Assembly: GCA_009914755.4 (NCBI GenBank)
Contig: CP086569.2
Coordinates: forward strand, 7,136,001 to 7,200,000
DNA: 64,000 nt
Direction of reading: 5' to 3'
From: the human T2T-CHM13v2.0 reference genome, Homo sapiens
Part shown: piece after piece, positions 48,922 through 62,647 of the stretch
Numbering within the stretch: position 1 is the first letter of the stretch
Layout of the letters: each line of letters begins with the position of its first letter
The notes under the pieces: model-generated
What the model was told of the DNA's origin: nothing
Database searches by the model: none
The model's input: the letters and a program-made list of their open reading frames with translations, nothing else
Made by a program: the position numbers and the translations under genes

Positions 48922-49289
48922 TAACTAAACTCAGTTTTACAACCAGCTAACAAGTCTGCTCTGAAGATAACTAACTCCCTTCTGCCATAAAGACAATCCA
49001 TCTATGAAGGCAGAGCCCTCAAGATCTAATTATCTCCTATTGTGCCCAACTTTCCAACACCTGCACTTTGGATGAAGTTTCCAACACACGAATTTATGGG
49101 GATGGATTCGAACAATAGAACAGGTTTTTATAATTTATAAACCACTTTCACATGCAAAACTATATATCCTTCACTTGAAAGCTGAGGAGATGTAAAAAAA
49201 TTAGAGAAGTAAATAAACTATCACTTTTGCAGAGGTTTTTTTGCATCCTTAAAAGTAGAGAAATTGAATTCTTCATGGTGTCTTTTCTT

Positions 49290-49603
49290 TTTTTTTTATT
49301 TTTCTTTCTTTTTCTTGTTTTTGAGACAGAGTCTTGCTCTGTTGCCCAGGCTGGAGTGGTGCGATCTCAGCTCACTGCAAGCTCCACCTCCCGGGTTCAT
49401 GCCATTCTCCTGCCTCAGCCTCCTGAGTAGCTGGGACTACAGGTGCCTGCCACCATGCCCGAAATTTTTTTTTTTTTTGTATTTTTAGCAGAGGCGGGGT
49501 TTCACCATGTTAGCCAGGATGGTCTCGATCTTCTGACCTCGTGATCCACCCGCCTCGGCCTCCCAAAGTGTTGGGATTACAGGCGTGAGCCGCCGTGACT
49601 GGC
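49290..49603 (-). mobile_element. Alu element (AluS/Y-type) with 15-16-bp TSD (c)atggtgtcttttctt
   Basis: A degenerate T-rich tail, then 'gagacagagtcttgctctgttgcccaggctggagtggtgcgatctcagctcactgcaagctccacctcccgggttca...' to '...ggcgtgagccgccgtgactggcc'. The TSD is at 49274-49289 and again at 49604-49618. Confidence 0.9.
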
Positions 49604-52600
49604 CATGGTGTCTTTTCTTAAATGAACTGTGGATTAAGAATGTTAGTAATGGACACATTTGCACCTGACTGATAACATGAGACTCTTCGTCCTAAGTACA
49701 TTGTGCATATATATTTATTCAGAAGATGTTGTCTATTGGCTACTATCTCAGAGGGAAAAGAACTTGGTGTCAGAGATGCAGATGACAAATGAGCTGAACT
49801 AGATGTCAATATGGATGTCTTCAGTTCACATTCCTAAAAGTGACAACATCTCCCTATCCCGGGCTTGCTTTTACTGACAGAATTGGAGCACCAGGGTTTC
49901 TGTTGTGCGTGTCCAAAAAAAAGTCCACAATTCTTCTGAAAGCAAACAGTAAACATATTTACTGCAAGTGTAAATATAACATTCTTCTGAAAGCAAACAG
50001 TACACAGATCTGGCAAGTACAAATACTATGACAGATGCTTATGTCCTGAAATAAATAATAGATATAGTAGATTGTGTTGTAGGTTCCCTTGATTAAGCCT
50101 GACACTCTGCCATTCACATATCAGTCCCAGGAAATTCTTTCATAACACAATTCATCATAGTAACATCAGACTCCTTCAACTACAACCTCATTGAACACAA
50201 TGAACTGGAAATACATTATATTTAAAGAAAAGGCAAGAGTACATTTGGATTTATATCCAAGAGTTCCATACCCATGGATTTAACCAACTGCCAATTGAAA
50301 ATATTTGAAAAAATATCACATCCATATCGAACATGTACAAGTTTTTTTGTGTCATTATTCTCAAAAAATACAGTATAATAACTATTTGTGTAGCATTTTC
50401 ACTGTTTTCAGTATTTTAAGTAATTTAGAGATAATTCAAAGTATAAGGGAGGATGTGCATGGGTTATATACAAATACTACATCATTTTATTTAAGGAACT
50501 TGAGCATCTGTGGATTCTGGTATCTACACAAGGTCCTGGAACCAGTCCTTCATGGATACCTAGAGACAACTGTATGTATCCTGCCACCAACAAAATAAAG
50601 CACTATAATTCTTTCATGCTCAAGAATAAGAATGCCATAATTTTACTTATAATCAATAGACAACAAAAGAGCAAGTTTACATGAGGCCTTTTCCACCCTT
50701 AGCTATTTTCCTTTTCCAATCAATCTTTAACATTTTGAAGGCAAGATTGTATGATTTTCAAGGAATGCACACATTAAAAAATTTGAACCACTTGAGAAGT
50801 CATTAATAAAGATTTTTATTTTACAATGGTAAGAGAGAATCAATGGAACAATTTTAAACTTCTCTTTTTTAGCGAGTTTTATATTTTCTAAAGCACTTTT
50901 ATTATATTTTATTTCTGTAAACGTGGTGGCAATCTTCTTGTAAAGTTGAGGATATGGAATCACAGAGAAATTCATAAACTTGCTGAAGATCATTTACACT
51001 GCCAGTCTGCAAACCCCACTTCTAATATCCAAATGTGTTGAGGGAAGGGACAGTGCCTACTTTAGTCCCAGGCTCCCATAGAATGTTGGCTTATGAAGCA
51101 TAATAGTTAGCTATTGCTGTATAACAAATCATCACCTACTTAGAAGCTTATAAAACGGAAGTCTTTTAACTCACAGTGTCTGTGAGTTAGTAAAATGTGT
51201 ACAATTCAAATGGGTGCAATTCAAATAGGGTATTTCCTGGGGCTGGGGTTTCATCTGAAGGCTGAAATGTGGCAAAATCTACTTTCAAGGTAATTCATGT
51301 GGTTGTTGGCAAGATTCAGATTCTCATAGGTTTTTGGACCAAGAATCTCCATTCCTAGAGGCTGTCTTTAATTCCTCATCACGTTGATTTCTTCACAGGG
51401 CAGCTCACAACATGGCAGCTTGTTTACCATACCCAGCAAGGGAAAGGGTCAACACAGAGAGGCTGCTAGGAAGATGAAACTCACAAGCTCCTGCAGTGTA
51501 ATCACAGAGAGAACACCCCATTGCTTTTGTCATATCGAATTGATTAGAAGCAAGTCATGGATCCCACGGACACTCAAGGAGAGGCGATTATATAATAGTA
51601 TAAATATCAGGATATGAGCATTATTGGGAGCCATCTATGAGTTGTCTGCCCACCCAGAGGACCCATAACGAATGTTTTCTGAAAAAAACAAAAACAAAAA
51701 CAAGAAACAAAAATTATTGCTAATTGAAAAACCTGACTTCCTGAATTGGAGGTTAGAGTTCTTCCAATACCAGCTTCTGTGCTGACAGCAAGTTATCAGA
51801 GGAGAAATGGGCCCTGGAGGACAGCTTGAAGAAATGTGGTTAGAGGACAAAAGGATACAATGCAAGGTGGGTGCACACAGCACTCAACCTTGACTATCGC
51901 CCTGTCATTCTTAAGACCATGCTGGCTTGCCTTCTAACCCAATGTGGCCCACTATTTTACAACCCCTAATGTAAAATTAGCCATGATGTTCTTCAATTCA
52001 ACAGTTGGCTTTAAAAATATCTGGGATTATTGTTTTCTACATTATAAGAAAACAGAATTTGTGAGACTTTTTTTCCCAGCCTTTGTTATACTGTAAACAG
52101 CAAATGTAAAAGGATTAAGTAGGACAAACACACTTCTTGAGCCCCAAGCTAAGGACAATGTGGCTTCCAAGGCAGAAACAGACTTGAAATGTCAGGTCTG
52201 CTTTAGATGTTATTTATTCAGCTGGAGAATAAATATTACTTCAGTGAACTTCAAAAACAATGGGGATTAAAACCTTCCATACCCTTGAAATAAATTGACC
52301 TCTATTTTTCAAACCAGATGGAAACAGAACTCAAGAGCAAACTCTGAAAGGTAAATCATGGATTAATGATTTTAACATACATCTGAGAAATGTTACTCCC
52401 AACTAACTTGCATTTTTAGAAACTTTTAAATGTATATATTCCTACTGTAATTTTAAAAATATTGACTGAAAAATATTTGCTTTAGACTAAGGTTTCTCCA
52501 GAAGTGAAACAAGACATTTGTGAGCAGATGATTCTGTGGTGGGGGCTGCCCTGTGCATTGTAGGGTGTTGACCAACATCCCTGGGATCTACCCAACAGAT

Positions 52601-52689
52601 GCCAGGAGCACCCCTTCACTCACTGAGACAAGTGAAAATGTCCCCAGATATTACCCAGTGTTCCCTGGGGAGAAAATTCCCCCCATTTG

Positions 52690-53335
52690 AAATCCACCAT
52701 CAAAGATAGATAAATGGTAGAGATAGACAGATAGATATAGATAGATGATAGATAGATATAGATAATTGATAAATAAATAGATACAGATGCCAGACAGATG
52801 ATTGACAGATGGATGATAGATAGATAAATAATAATGATGATAGTGTTTAGATATTAGATGGATAGGTATATAGATGATAAATAAAAATAGATACATGGAA
52901 ATATAGATTATAGATTGATAGATATAAATAATAGATGGATAGATGATAGATGGATAGACAGGTAGATACACAGATGATGGATAGATGGATAGGTAGATAG
53001 AGGTGATGTATGAATAGATGATACATAGATAAAGATAGGTAGATAATAGATATAGATGATTGATATGATAGATGACAGATAAATAGATAAATGATATAAT
53101 AGATGATAGATAAATATGATAGATGTAGATTATAGATAGATGACAGATAAGTGATAGATATGACAGATAATATATATGTAGGTAATAGATATGATAGATG
53201 ATAGATATGATAGCTGATAGGTATGATCAATATGCTAGATGGTAGTTAGATAGACATGATAGATGATAGATAAATAGATGTATGTGATAGCTGACAGATA
53301 TGATAAATATTACATGAGATAAAAGACAGAAAAAT

Positions 53336-53380
<45 letters not shown>

Positions 53381-53385
53381 GGAAT
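52690..53385. repeat. Long degenerate GATA/GATG/TAGA-type tetranucleotide block ending in a pure (ATAG)11 run at 53337-53382
   Basis: Direct reading. The I/Y/L/S-rich minus ORFs (106, 127 and 81 aa) are artifacts. Confidence 0.9.
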
Positions 53386-54194
53386 CTCATGCTCAGGCAG
53401 TGTTTCACAGCCTCAGCCCTATTGAAATTTGGGGCTGCATGATTCTCTGTGGTGGGGCCGTTTTGTGCAGTGTAGGATGTTGAACAGCATCCTGGGCCTC
53501 CCACTAGATGCCAGTAGGACCACCCAGTTGTGACAGCCAAAAACTTTCCAGACATCCCCCAATGTCCTCTAGAGGCATCTTAGAGAATAGATAGAAGACT
53601 ATTCAGAAGAACATCCCCATTATTTTTTAGATAATAAGATCCAGGTCACTCTGCCTAACATCATTCTTTCTGGTTAGAACATTACAACCACCTCATCACC
53701 AGTCCCTGGTGTTGACATTTGCTAAAAATGTGGGACTTGGTTTCACTAGGAGGACTTGGTTTCATTAGGAGGAATTCAATATTGCCACATCATTCCAGAA
53801 GTCTTACTGTTGCTATTTACATTCAGTTCCCCTACTGTGTGCCCGAACAGGAAAGATCTTTCTCTTGAATGTGTTGGTTGGAATTTCTCTGGGTGCTGTC
53901 CTCTTGCTCCTTTTGCTGAAGAAGCTGAGAATGGGTCACTGGCATCTTTTCCTATCTGGTTCTCACACTAGCCTGCAACTGAGGTGGCTGAAGCTCCATC
54001 CTCTTGGTCTCACGCTGTTTCTACCATCTTTGAAGTCTGCAGGTGCCTTCGGAGCCACACCACCTTCAGTTGGCCTCCTCATTGCTGATGGTTGGTGGTC
54101 TGCAACTTAGCTGATGTTGGTCAGTCTCCAAGACTGTTCCAGAATCTTTAGCCACCTTCTCAGCTCAGTTCTCACTGTGCTATCTTAATCCTAC

Positions 54195-54550
54195 TGCTAT
54201 AGTCTCAATGTATCCCCCAAAACTGATATGTTTAAATGTAGTGAACAATGTGATAATATGAAGTAGTGGAGCCTTTAGGAGGTGATTAAGTCATGAGGGT
54301 GGAGCCCTCCCACACATGGGATTTAGTGGCTTATTCAAGGGCTTGAAGGACCATGCTAACTCTTTGCTCTTCTACCTTATGTCATGTGAGAACACAGCAT
54401 GAAGGTACAAGCCCTCATCAGACACCAACTCCACCAGGCCTTGGTGTTGGGCTTTCAGCCTCCAGAATGGTGAGAAAATAAATGTCTGCTCTTTATAAAT
54501 TACTCAGTCTCAGGTATCTTGTTATAATTGGACAAGCAGACTGAGGTACC
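54195..54550 (+). mobile_element. MaLR-type LTR (MST/MLT1-like)
   Basis: 'ctatagtctcaatgtatcccccaaaactgatatgtttaaatgtagtgaacaatgtgataatatgaagtagtggagcctttaggaggtgattaagtcatgagggtggagccc...cagcctccagaatggtgagaaaataaatgtctgctctttataaattactcagtctcaggtat'. Confidence 0.5.
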
Positions 54551-54759
54551 TACTGCTGTTCTTGTTGGTAGCAAACGACTTCTGAACCTTTCCTCATCTT
54601 TGCCAAAAGTCATGGTGAACTTGGCTCCCCCAATACCACTTCCCCATGCTGTGTTAGAGGATGTTTGTAGGATGTGTCTTGGGATACTAATTTTAGCTAG
54701 TCTTGCTGTGCTCTTAGATTAAGATGCATGGGGTTGCATAAAGAATCTATTTGTTTCTT

Positions 54760-56150
54760 TAGGATGGCTATCATCAAAAAGTCAAAAATAATAAACATTG
54801 GTAAGGATGTGGAGAAAAGGAAACCCTTGTACACTATTGGTGAGAATATAGACTGGTACAGCCACTATGGAAAACAGTATGAAGATTTCAAAAGAATTAA
54901 AAATAGAACTACTATATGACCCAGCAATCTCTCTTCTAGGTATATATCCAAAAGAAATGAAACTGCCACCTTGTGAAGGTATCTCTACTGCCAATTTTAT
55001 TGCAGTAGTATTCACAAAAGCTGAGATATGGAAACATCCTGTTTGCTGACAGATGGATGGATACACACATGTAGTAGATATATACAATGAAATATTACTC
55101 AGTCTTAAAAAACAAGATCTCAACATTTGCTCAACATAGATAAAACTGGGGGACATTGTGTTAAGTGAAATAAGCCAGAGACAGAAAGCAAAATACTGCA
55201 TGATCTCAGTTATACGTGGAATCTAAAAATAAAAAATTCAAATGTAGATAGATACACTTGTTCTCTATCAAAACAGTGGTTACCAGGGAGGGTGTTGAGG
55301 GAAGGAAGAAATAGGGAGATGAGGTTAGAGCAGCAGTCTCCAACCTTTTTGGCAGCAGGGACGGGTATCATGCGAGACAAATTTACCATGGATTGGGAGC
55401 AGGGTCAAGGGCGGGGAGGATGGTTTCATGATGATTCAAGCTGATTACATTTATTGTGCAGTTTATTTCAATTATGATTACATAGTAATACATAATGAAA
55501 TAATTCTACAACTCACCATCATGTAGAATCAGTGGAGCCCTGAGCTTGTTTTCCTGCAACTAGATGGTCCCATCTGGGGGTTATGGGAGACAGTGACAGA
55601 TCATCGGGCATCAAATTCTCACAAAGAGTGCACAACCTAGATCCCTTCCATGTGCAGTTCATGATAGGGTTCACACAGAATCTAATGCTGCCACTGATCT
55701 GAAAGAAGGCAGAGCTCAGACAGTAATGTGAGCCATGGAGGACATCTGTAAAAAAGATGAAGCTTCTCTGGCTTGCCCGTTGCTCACCTCCTGCTGTGCA
55801 GGCTGGTTCCTACCAGGCCAAGGACTGGTTCTGGTCCCTGGCCTAGGGGTTGGTGACCTCTGGGTTAGAAGATACAAAATAGCAGGCATATAGAATGACC
55901 AAGTCTAGTGGGCTGATGTTCCATGTGAAAACTACAGGGAGTAACATTGTAGTGCATTTGGGATTCTTGCTAAAGCAGTAGATTTTAGCTGTTCTTGCCA
56001 AAAAACAAGAACAAAAAATGGGTAACTATGTGACTTGATGGATAGGCTAATTTATTTCATTATAGTAACCTTTTTATTATCCAAATGTATCTCATAACAT
56101 CAGGCTGTATAACTTAAATATACAGAATAAGTTTATTGTTTTTTTAAAAA
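54760..56150 (+). mobile_element. Old LINE-1 (L1M/L1PB-like) ORF2 C-terminus and 3' UTR, interrupted by a DNA-transposon insertion at 55331-55862
   Basis: 'aggatggctatcatcaaaaagtcaaaaataataaacattggtaaggatgtggagaaaagg...' encodes [14 protein letters not shown]. The 3' UTR 'atgatctcagttatacgtggaatctaaaaataaaaaattcaaatgtagatagatacacttgttctctatcaaaacagtggttaccaggg...' follows, and L1-like sequence resumes after 55870. Confidence 0.5.
55331..55862. mobile_element. Nonautonomous hAT DNA transposon (MER1-like), same family as 6171-6692, with 8-bp TSD GGTTAGA(G/A)
   Basis: Termini are 'cagcagtctccaacctttttggcagcagggac...' and '...ggcctaggggttggtgacctctg'. The flanks are 'ggttagag' (55323-55330) and 'ggttagaa' (55863-55870). 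The internal sequence is ~85-90% identical to the copy at 6171. Confidence 0.7.
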
Positions 56151-57574
56151 GAGTATATAAGAAAGGGAAGAATATATTCTGTTGTTCAAGCCTTTTGCAC
56201 TAAGCAGGTCCTTTGGAATAAAATTACAAAATGAATTGTCATTGCAATTATGTTCAATTTGTAAAACCCACCAGAGAGAGAGTCATTGCAAGGACTGAGA
56301 TTCTTGAGGTTACAGGGTCTGTTTCTTATTTACTTTTGCTTTCCCAGCACCTAGGATAGTACCTGACACAAAGCAGGCACTCAGTAAATGTGTGCGTAAA
56401 AACAACAGTAAACAAGGAATATTTTTTTTGTAACTCCAAAGGAATTAGAAGCTCAGCTGTGCCTCTGTAGGGAAAGCCCCAGAGATTTAGCTATGAAAAC
56501 AAAGACAACATCAACAGAGATTCATCCTTTCCAAGTTTTCCTGGAGCCTTATAATCAGCCTATTACCTGACTGCTTGAGGAATTATTGGCCCTATCACTT
56601 GATGAGATGCCCAGGGAAAAATGACCAGGACAGCAGGGTTGAAATGCTCTAATTACTAAGAGAATGAACATCATGATAAGACATAAACCAGAATGCTACA
56701 CACATGGACTTAATGAACTACAGAGTCCTCATTCAAGACAGAAGTCTTCACGTTTTCATAAACACAAAGGTGAGATGACATTTCTTGCCCAAATTTACCA
56801 AATAGCTCTCTCATGTTCCTTCCTTTATTGGACATGGAGGCTTTGTAGAAAATAATGAAAATTTTATTCCTCAAGTGACCCCAGAATTATACAATGCCTA
56901 CAAATGCAACCCCAAATAGCACATTTTTGTTTTTTGATGTTCTTTTATTAAGAGTGTCACATGGTCTATGTACAAAGTGGTATGGTCTATGAACAAAGCT
57001 GTTAGCAAGGATATAAAAAAAGTACATGTGGTTTTGTAATTTTTACATTGACATATCCCTAAACTACAGCAATCTTGTAATTTGTCACCCACATTGTGGG
57101 TGATTAAAGGGGGGTGTGGTGTTTATTAATTTTATGAGCATTGATGTAAATTAGAACTGTCTGAGGAAAGCCAGGACGAAGCCACCCTACCAAGAGTAGG
57201 TAAGAAAATGAAATAAATTGTGGTCTATCTGTATCCTGGGATTCTATTCAGCCTTGAAAAGGAATGAAGTCTTGACACATGGTATAACATGCAAGAACCA
57301 CAAAACACTACAAGAAGTGAGAGAAGCTGGCCACAAAAGACCCCATAGTACATGACTGTATTTACATGAAATATCAAGAATCACTTAATCTCAAAACCCA
57401 GAAGGCAGAGTGGTAGTTGTACGTAGGGCTTGGGAGCAAAAGGAAAGCAGAATGCCTGCTTAGTGGGTATGGGGTGTCCTTTTGGTGTGATGAGAAAATT
57501 CTGAAACTGGATCATGGCAGTGGTTTTACAATATTGCAAGTGTAATATACACCACTAAGTTGTGCACTTTATTA

Positions 57575-57932
<358 letters not shown>

Positions 57933-57939
57933 TGACATG

Positions 57940-58240
57940 GCCGGGTGCAGTGGCTCACACCTGTAATCCCAGCATTTTGGGAGGCCGAGGTGGGCAGATC
58001 TTGAGGTCAGGAGATGGAGACCATCCTGGCCAACACCATGAAACCCCGTCTCTAATAAAAATACAAAAAATTAGCCATGTGTGGTGGTGGGTGCCTATAG
58101 TCCCAGCTACCTGGAGGCTGAGGCAGGAGAATGGCATGAACGCCAGAGGCAGAGCTTGCAGTGAGCCAAGATCGCACCACGGCACTCCAGCCTGGGTGAT
58201 AGAGCTAGACTCTGTCTCAATAAAAAAAAAAAAAAAAAAA
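57940..58240 (+). mobile_element. Alu element (AluS/Y-type) with a 20-nt poly-A
   Basis: 'ggccgggtgcagtggctcacacctgtaatcccagcattttgggaggccgaggtgggcagatc...'. Confidence 0.9.
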
Positions 58241-59463
58241 TGGAAATGACACTATGGTGAGCATGTCTTCTGCCACGATGAATTCCTAAACACAAAATCA
58301 CATTTGTGTGTCCCAGTCATATTTATTATACTGAGTTGTCATGAAGAGTTTTGTCTGATATTGATTTCCATAACTTATCACCAGGGTTCTATTGCTCAGC
58401 TTCCATCTCCAGAAACATCCCCAGTCAACAATGTCCCATGTCAGAGCAACCTTATCCACCTGTAAATGCTGCAGCCAGCCCAGAAGAATGCCAGTTACTT
58501 CTTTTCTGCTATATTGACGTCAGTTTTTTAGAGATTCAGCGGACCTGGAGCGTGGCCTTCATGCAGGGTAGGTGACCCCCAGATTGGGGCTTAGCTCAGG
58601 AAAAGTTTTTGGCTTCACATAGGGAAGAATTCAACAGTGAGCAGGTAGTGTAAGAAAACAAATTGATTGAAGTGGCAGTGTTACAGCTCCAGCTACAGTG
58701 TTACAGCTCTGGCTACAGCTCTGTTACTGCTCCTGAAGGACTACCCAAGAGGCAGTGGGCTGAGAGTAGCAGCTCAGAGGCAATTCTGGAGTCATATTTT
58801 TACCCACTTTTAATTACAGAAAATCTCTTGAGCAGGGGTTGGCTTCTCTTCAAATATTCCGTGAGAAGAATATGCTAATACTGTTTTGACACTGAAGACG
58901 TCTCATTGCAAAAAAAAAAAGTACATATGCAAATCAAGGGGTGCAAATCAAGGGGTGCATTATGCAGAAATTTGTAGAAAAGATGTGGTAACTTCTGAGT
59001 GTTTCTATGGCAATAGTGAACTGACATGGCCTAGTGGTGGGTGTGTCTTATGGGAAGGTGCTTCTGTTCCTTCCCTGTTTTAGCTAGTCCTCAGTTTGGT
59101 CTGGTGTGTGAGTCCTGCCTCTAAACTTGAGTACTGCCTCACATAGTAGTCTTTCAGGACACATGTCCTCTTTCAAATTGAACTGACAAGGAAACCCTGA
59201 CACAGAGCAAAAAGTATAAAGTTTGAATGGAATCTTAATAGGAGACATGCCATCCTAATTGATTATTGTAGCATTGCTTTGTAGGGAATGAGATGTAGGG
59301 AATGAGATGTTGGGAGGTGGAGGTTGAATATTTCCTCGCTCATCAACTTTGCTGATCAAGTGGATTGGCCAGTGATCTTAGGAGGGAAAAGAGACAACTA
59401 AACTTTTCCGCTGTGAGATTTACACATGTCATTTTGTCAGGAATGGAGATCAATGGTTTATGG

Positions 59464-59755
59464 CAGTGGTCCCCTATTTTTTTTGACACCAGGAATCGAA
59501 TTCGTGGAAGATAATTTTTCCATGAAACCAGGGGTGGTAGGGGATGCTTTCAGGATGATTTAAGCGCATTACATTTATTGTGCCCCTGATTTCTATGATT
59601 ATTACATTGTAATATAAAATAAAATAATTATACAACTCACCATAATGTAGAATCAGTGGAAACCCTGAGCTTGTTTGCCTTCAATTAGACGATCCTATCT
59701 GGGGGTGATGGGAGACAGTGACAGATTATCAGGCATTATATTCTCATAAGGAGCA
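59464..59755. mobile_element. 3'-truncated copy of the same hAT/MER1-like nonautonomous transposon
   Basis: 'cagtggtcccctattttttttgacaccaggaatcgaattcgtggaagataatttttccatgaaaccagg...acaactcaccataatgtagaatcagtggaaaccctgagcttgtt...gacagattatcaggcattatattctcataaggagc'. There is no right terminal inverted repeat. Confidence 0.6.
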
Positions 59756-59869
59756 AGGACTCCTTGTGAGTCCTTATCCAACAAGATTAGGATAGTCTGT
59801 AGTTTACAGACATCATTCTCATAGTTCCACAACATTTAACCAATGGCAACATGTGTGCAGAAATGTGTG

Positions 59870-59995
59870 TGGAGGACATATATATGTAAATATATGTATA
59901 CATATATGTATATATACACACACATACACATACACACATAATATATAATATAAAAAGTATATATATATATATATATTTTTGCAGTGAGACATCTT
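59870..59995. repeat. (TG/TA/CA)-rich simple repeat
   Basis: Direct reading. The C/V/Y-rich minus ORFs here are artifacts. Confidence 0.85.
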
Positions 59996-62328
59996 CAGTG
60001 TCAAAAGAGTATTGGCATATTCTCCTCATGGAGTATTTGGAGAGAAGCCAATCCCTGTTCAAGGAACAGCTGCAACTAAGGATGTGACATGGCTTGCCAT
60101 CAGTGCTTACTAGATGCTATGATACAGCATCTATGTTCCTGTCATGCAATACAGGAAACATCCATAGACTCCTTTAAAAATACAAATTCATGGGTTTAAG
60201 GTTATGGTTGTCAGAAGCAGTAGCAGCAGGAACATGTTAGTTACACATGTTAGAATAATTATGGCAACATGTTAATATTGATGGTATCAGGGTCATAAAA
60301 ATTTGCTAGTGCACCTATAAACACACTCAAATATCCAACAAGGTTAGGATAATCTGTAGTTTACAGACTTCATTCTGATAGTTCCACATTTAACCAATAG
60401 CAACATGTGTGCAGATATGTGCATGGAAGACATGTTCAAACACTAATTGAAAGAGATTTTTCTTCCGCAGAATTGTATAATCAATAAGAAAGTGGCTTCC
60501 CTAAGAAGTGTAGAGGATACAGGAAGGCAAGAAGAAATAGGAACTGGAAGAAGGAGGGAAGAAGCAAATTCATTTATTTATAAGGCTTTAAAGCCAAATA
60601 ATTGGCAAGTCATATAATTGGCTAGAGAGATTGGGTCTTGCTGATGATTAATTACAACCTGTCTTTGTGTGAATCACCTGGTTTCCTGCCAAAGATGAAG
60701 ATGAAACATTTCCATGAGTAGGCAATTCAGTCTGAGTGTGTCTCATGTTATTTTCAGATGAGGAGACTCCATGTGCATGGTTGCAGCAGGCATTCTTGGG
60801 AGCTCATGAGCTGAATTTCAGGAAAAGCCCAAGAAGATTCCACATTTCCCTCAGGATATCCTCAGGAAAATGTCTGCAGGCCTGGAAACACTTAGCCATC
60901 ACTTGTTTATTTGAGAGAAATCAAAAAGGATTATGGAAACAGATTGGAATGTTGAACCACATTTATAAATGTTCCTAAGCTGTTTCCACTAACCAAAAAT
61001 GATGCTGAATAAACAGAAAACAAACAAAAAGGTCAGGCTGAGAAAGATCACTAGGACTGGCCCCCACAAAAGGGGAAAAGTACTGTGAATATTTAGTGGA
61101 AGAGAAAATGGTAGACATTGACAACCAAGGGAGTGAAGAAGATAGCTTGTCAAAGGGAAGTGTTAGAAAATTAACTCTCTTAGAAGGCTGAAATAAAACA
61201 GATCCAAAAAAGAAAAAAAAGTAAGTCCTTAATCCATTTTGTTTTAATTGTTGTATATGGTGAGAGACAGAGGTCTAGTTTTATTCTTCCATATGTGAAT
61301 ATGCAGTTTTCCCAGTACTATTTATTGAAGAGACTGTCTTTTCCTCAAGGTATGTTTGTGGCACCTTTGTGAAAAATGAGTTCGCTTTAGATCTGTGGAT
61401 TTATTTCTGGGTGCTCTAGTCTGTTCCCTTAGTCTATGTGTCTGGTTTTATACCAGTACTATGCTATTTTGGTCACTATAGCTCTGTAGGAAACTTTGAA
61501 GTACTCCATAAATACATTTAAAAAAATCAAACTGAGAACTCTTATCACTTATGATATCATTGGGTAAAGGTAAAATGCATTCATTCATGAAGTGAAGACA
61601 CTGAGCACCTGGTGTATACCAGTCAATGTGCTAGGTGTGGGCTGAGTATAGTGAGAATGGAAATGTGTGAAGAAGGAAAGAAAGAGACCATGAATTCTTT
61701 GACATTGTTGGAGACCACAATGATCTTATCTGCTTGGAAATACGAGATAGCTTTAAGGTACAATATTGAGTCATTCTTTTGGACAGAATTCTGCAAAGGT
61801 GGTAGGCCAGATATCCTTCTTGGTTCTGCCCTCTTCATTCATGGAGACTTTTTAAATTATGATTTTTGAGTATGGGTAACTCCAGCTGTTACCAAGACTA
61901 TCAGGAAAAGGGAAAGAATAGGGAATCTGGTGAAGACAATGAGAAAGATATAAGATTGGAAGCTATGAATTCATGCCTGCACAGACATGAAGGCAGAAAA
62001 TGGGGTTAAAGATGAATAGAAGCAACGATCCAAGTGTGAGAAAAGTCAAGTTAAATGAGATGACTTTGATGCCACAATGTTGGCCAAGCCACAAGTGGAG
62101 ACTATTTCCCTGAGATCACAGAAGGATATCTTGTTATTGATGTGTGTCCTCTACACTGGGGACTTCTTAGGATAACAATGGATTCTTCCTCTTTTTGGCT
62201 CAGAGAAATTCCACTAATCCCTTTCTTGTGGATTTTCATGATTTTACAGAAATATCTCAGGCTGTAGCCAAGGGCACTGCAACTCTTTGGATGCAATTAG
62301 ATTTGGGTCAATTAGGAAATAAAATGTT

Positions 62329-62647
<319 letters not shown>

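Noticed and set aside
52651-53555. ORFs of 106, 127 and 81 aa rich in I, Y, L and S
   Set aside because: They are translations of the GATA/GATG tetranucleotide array.
59464-59755. Possibility that the third hAT copy marks an excision footprint
   Set aside because: Its 3' half is simply missing, with no TIR or TSD on that side. Truncation by the adjacent local duplication or rearrangement is simpler than inferring excision.
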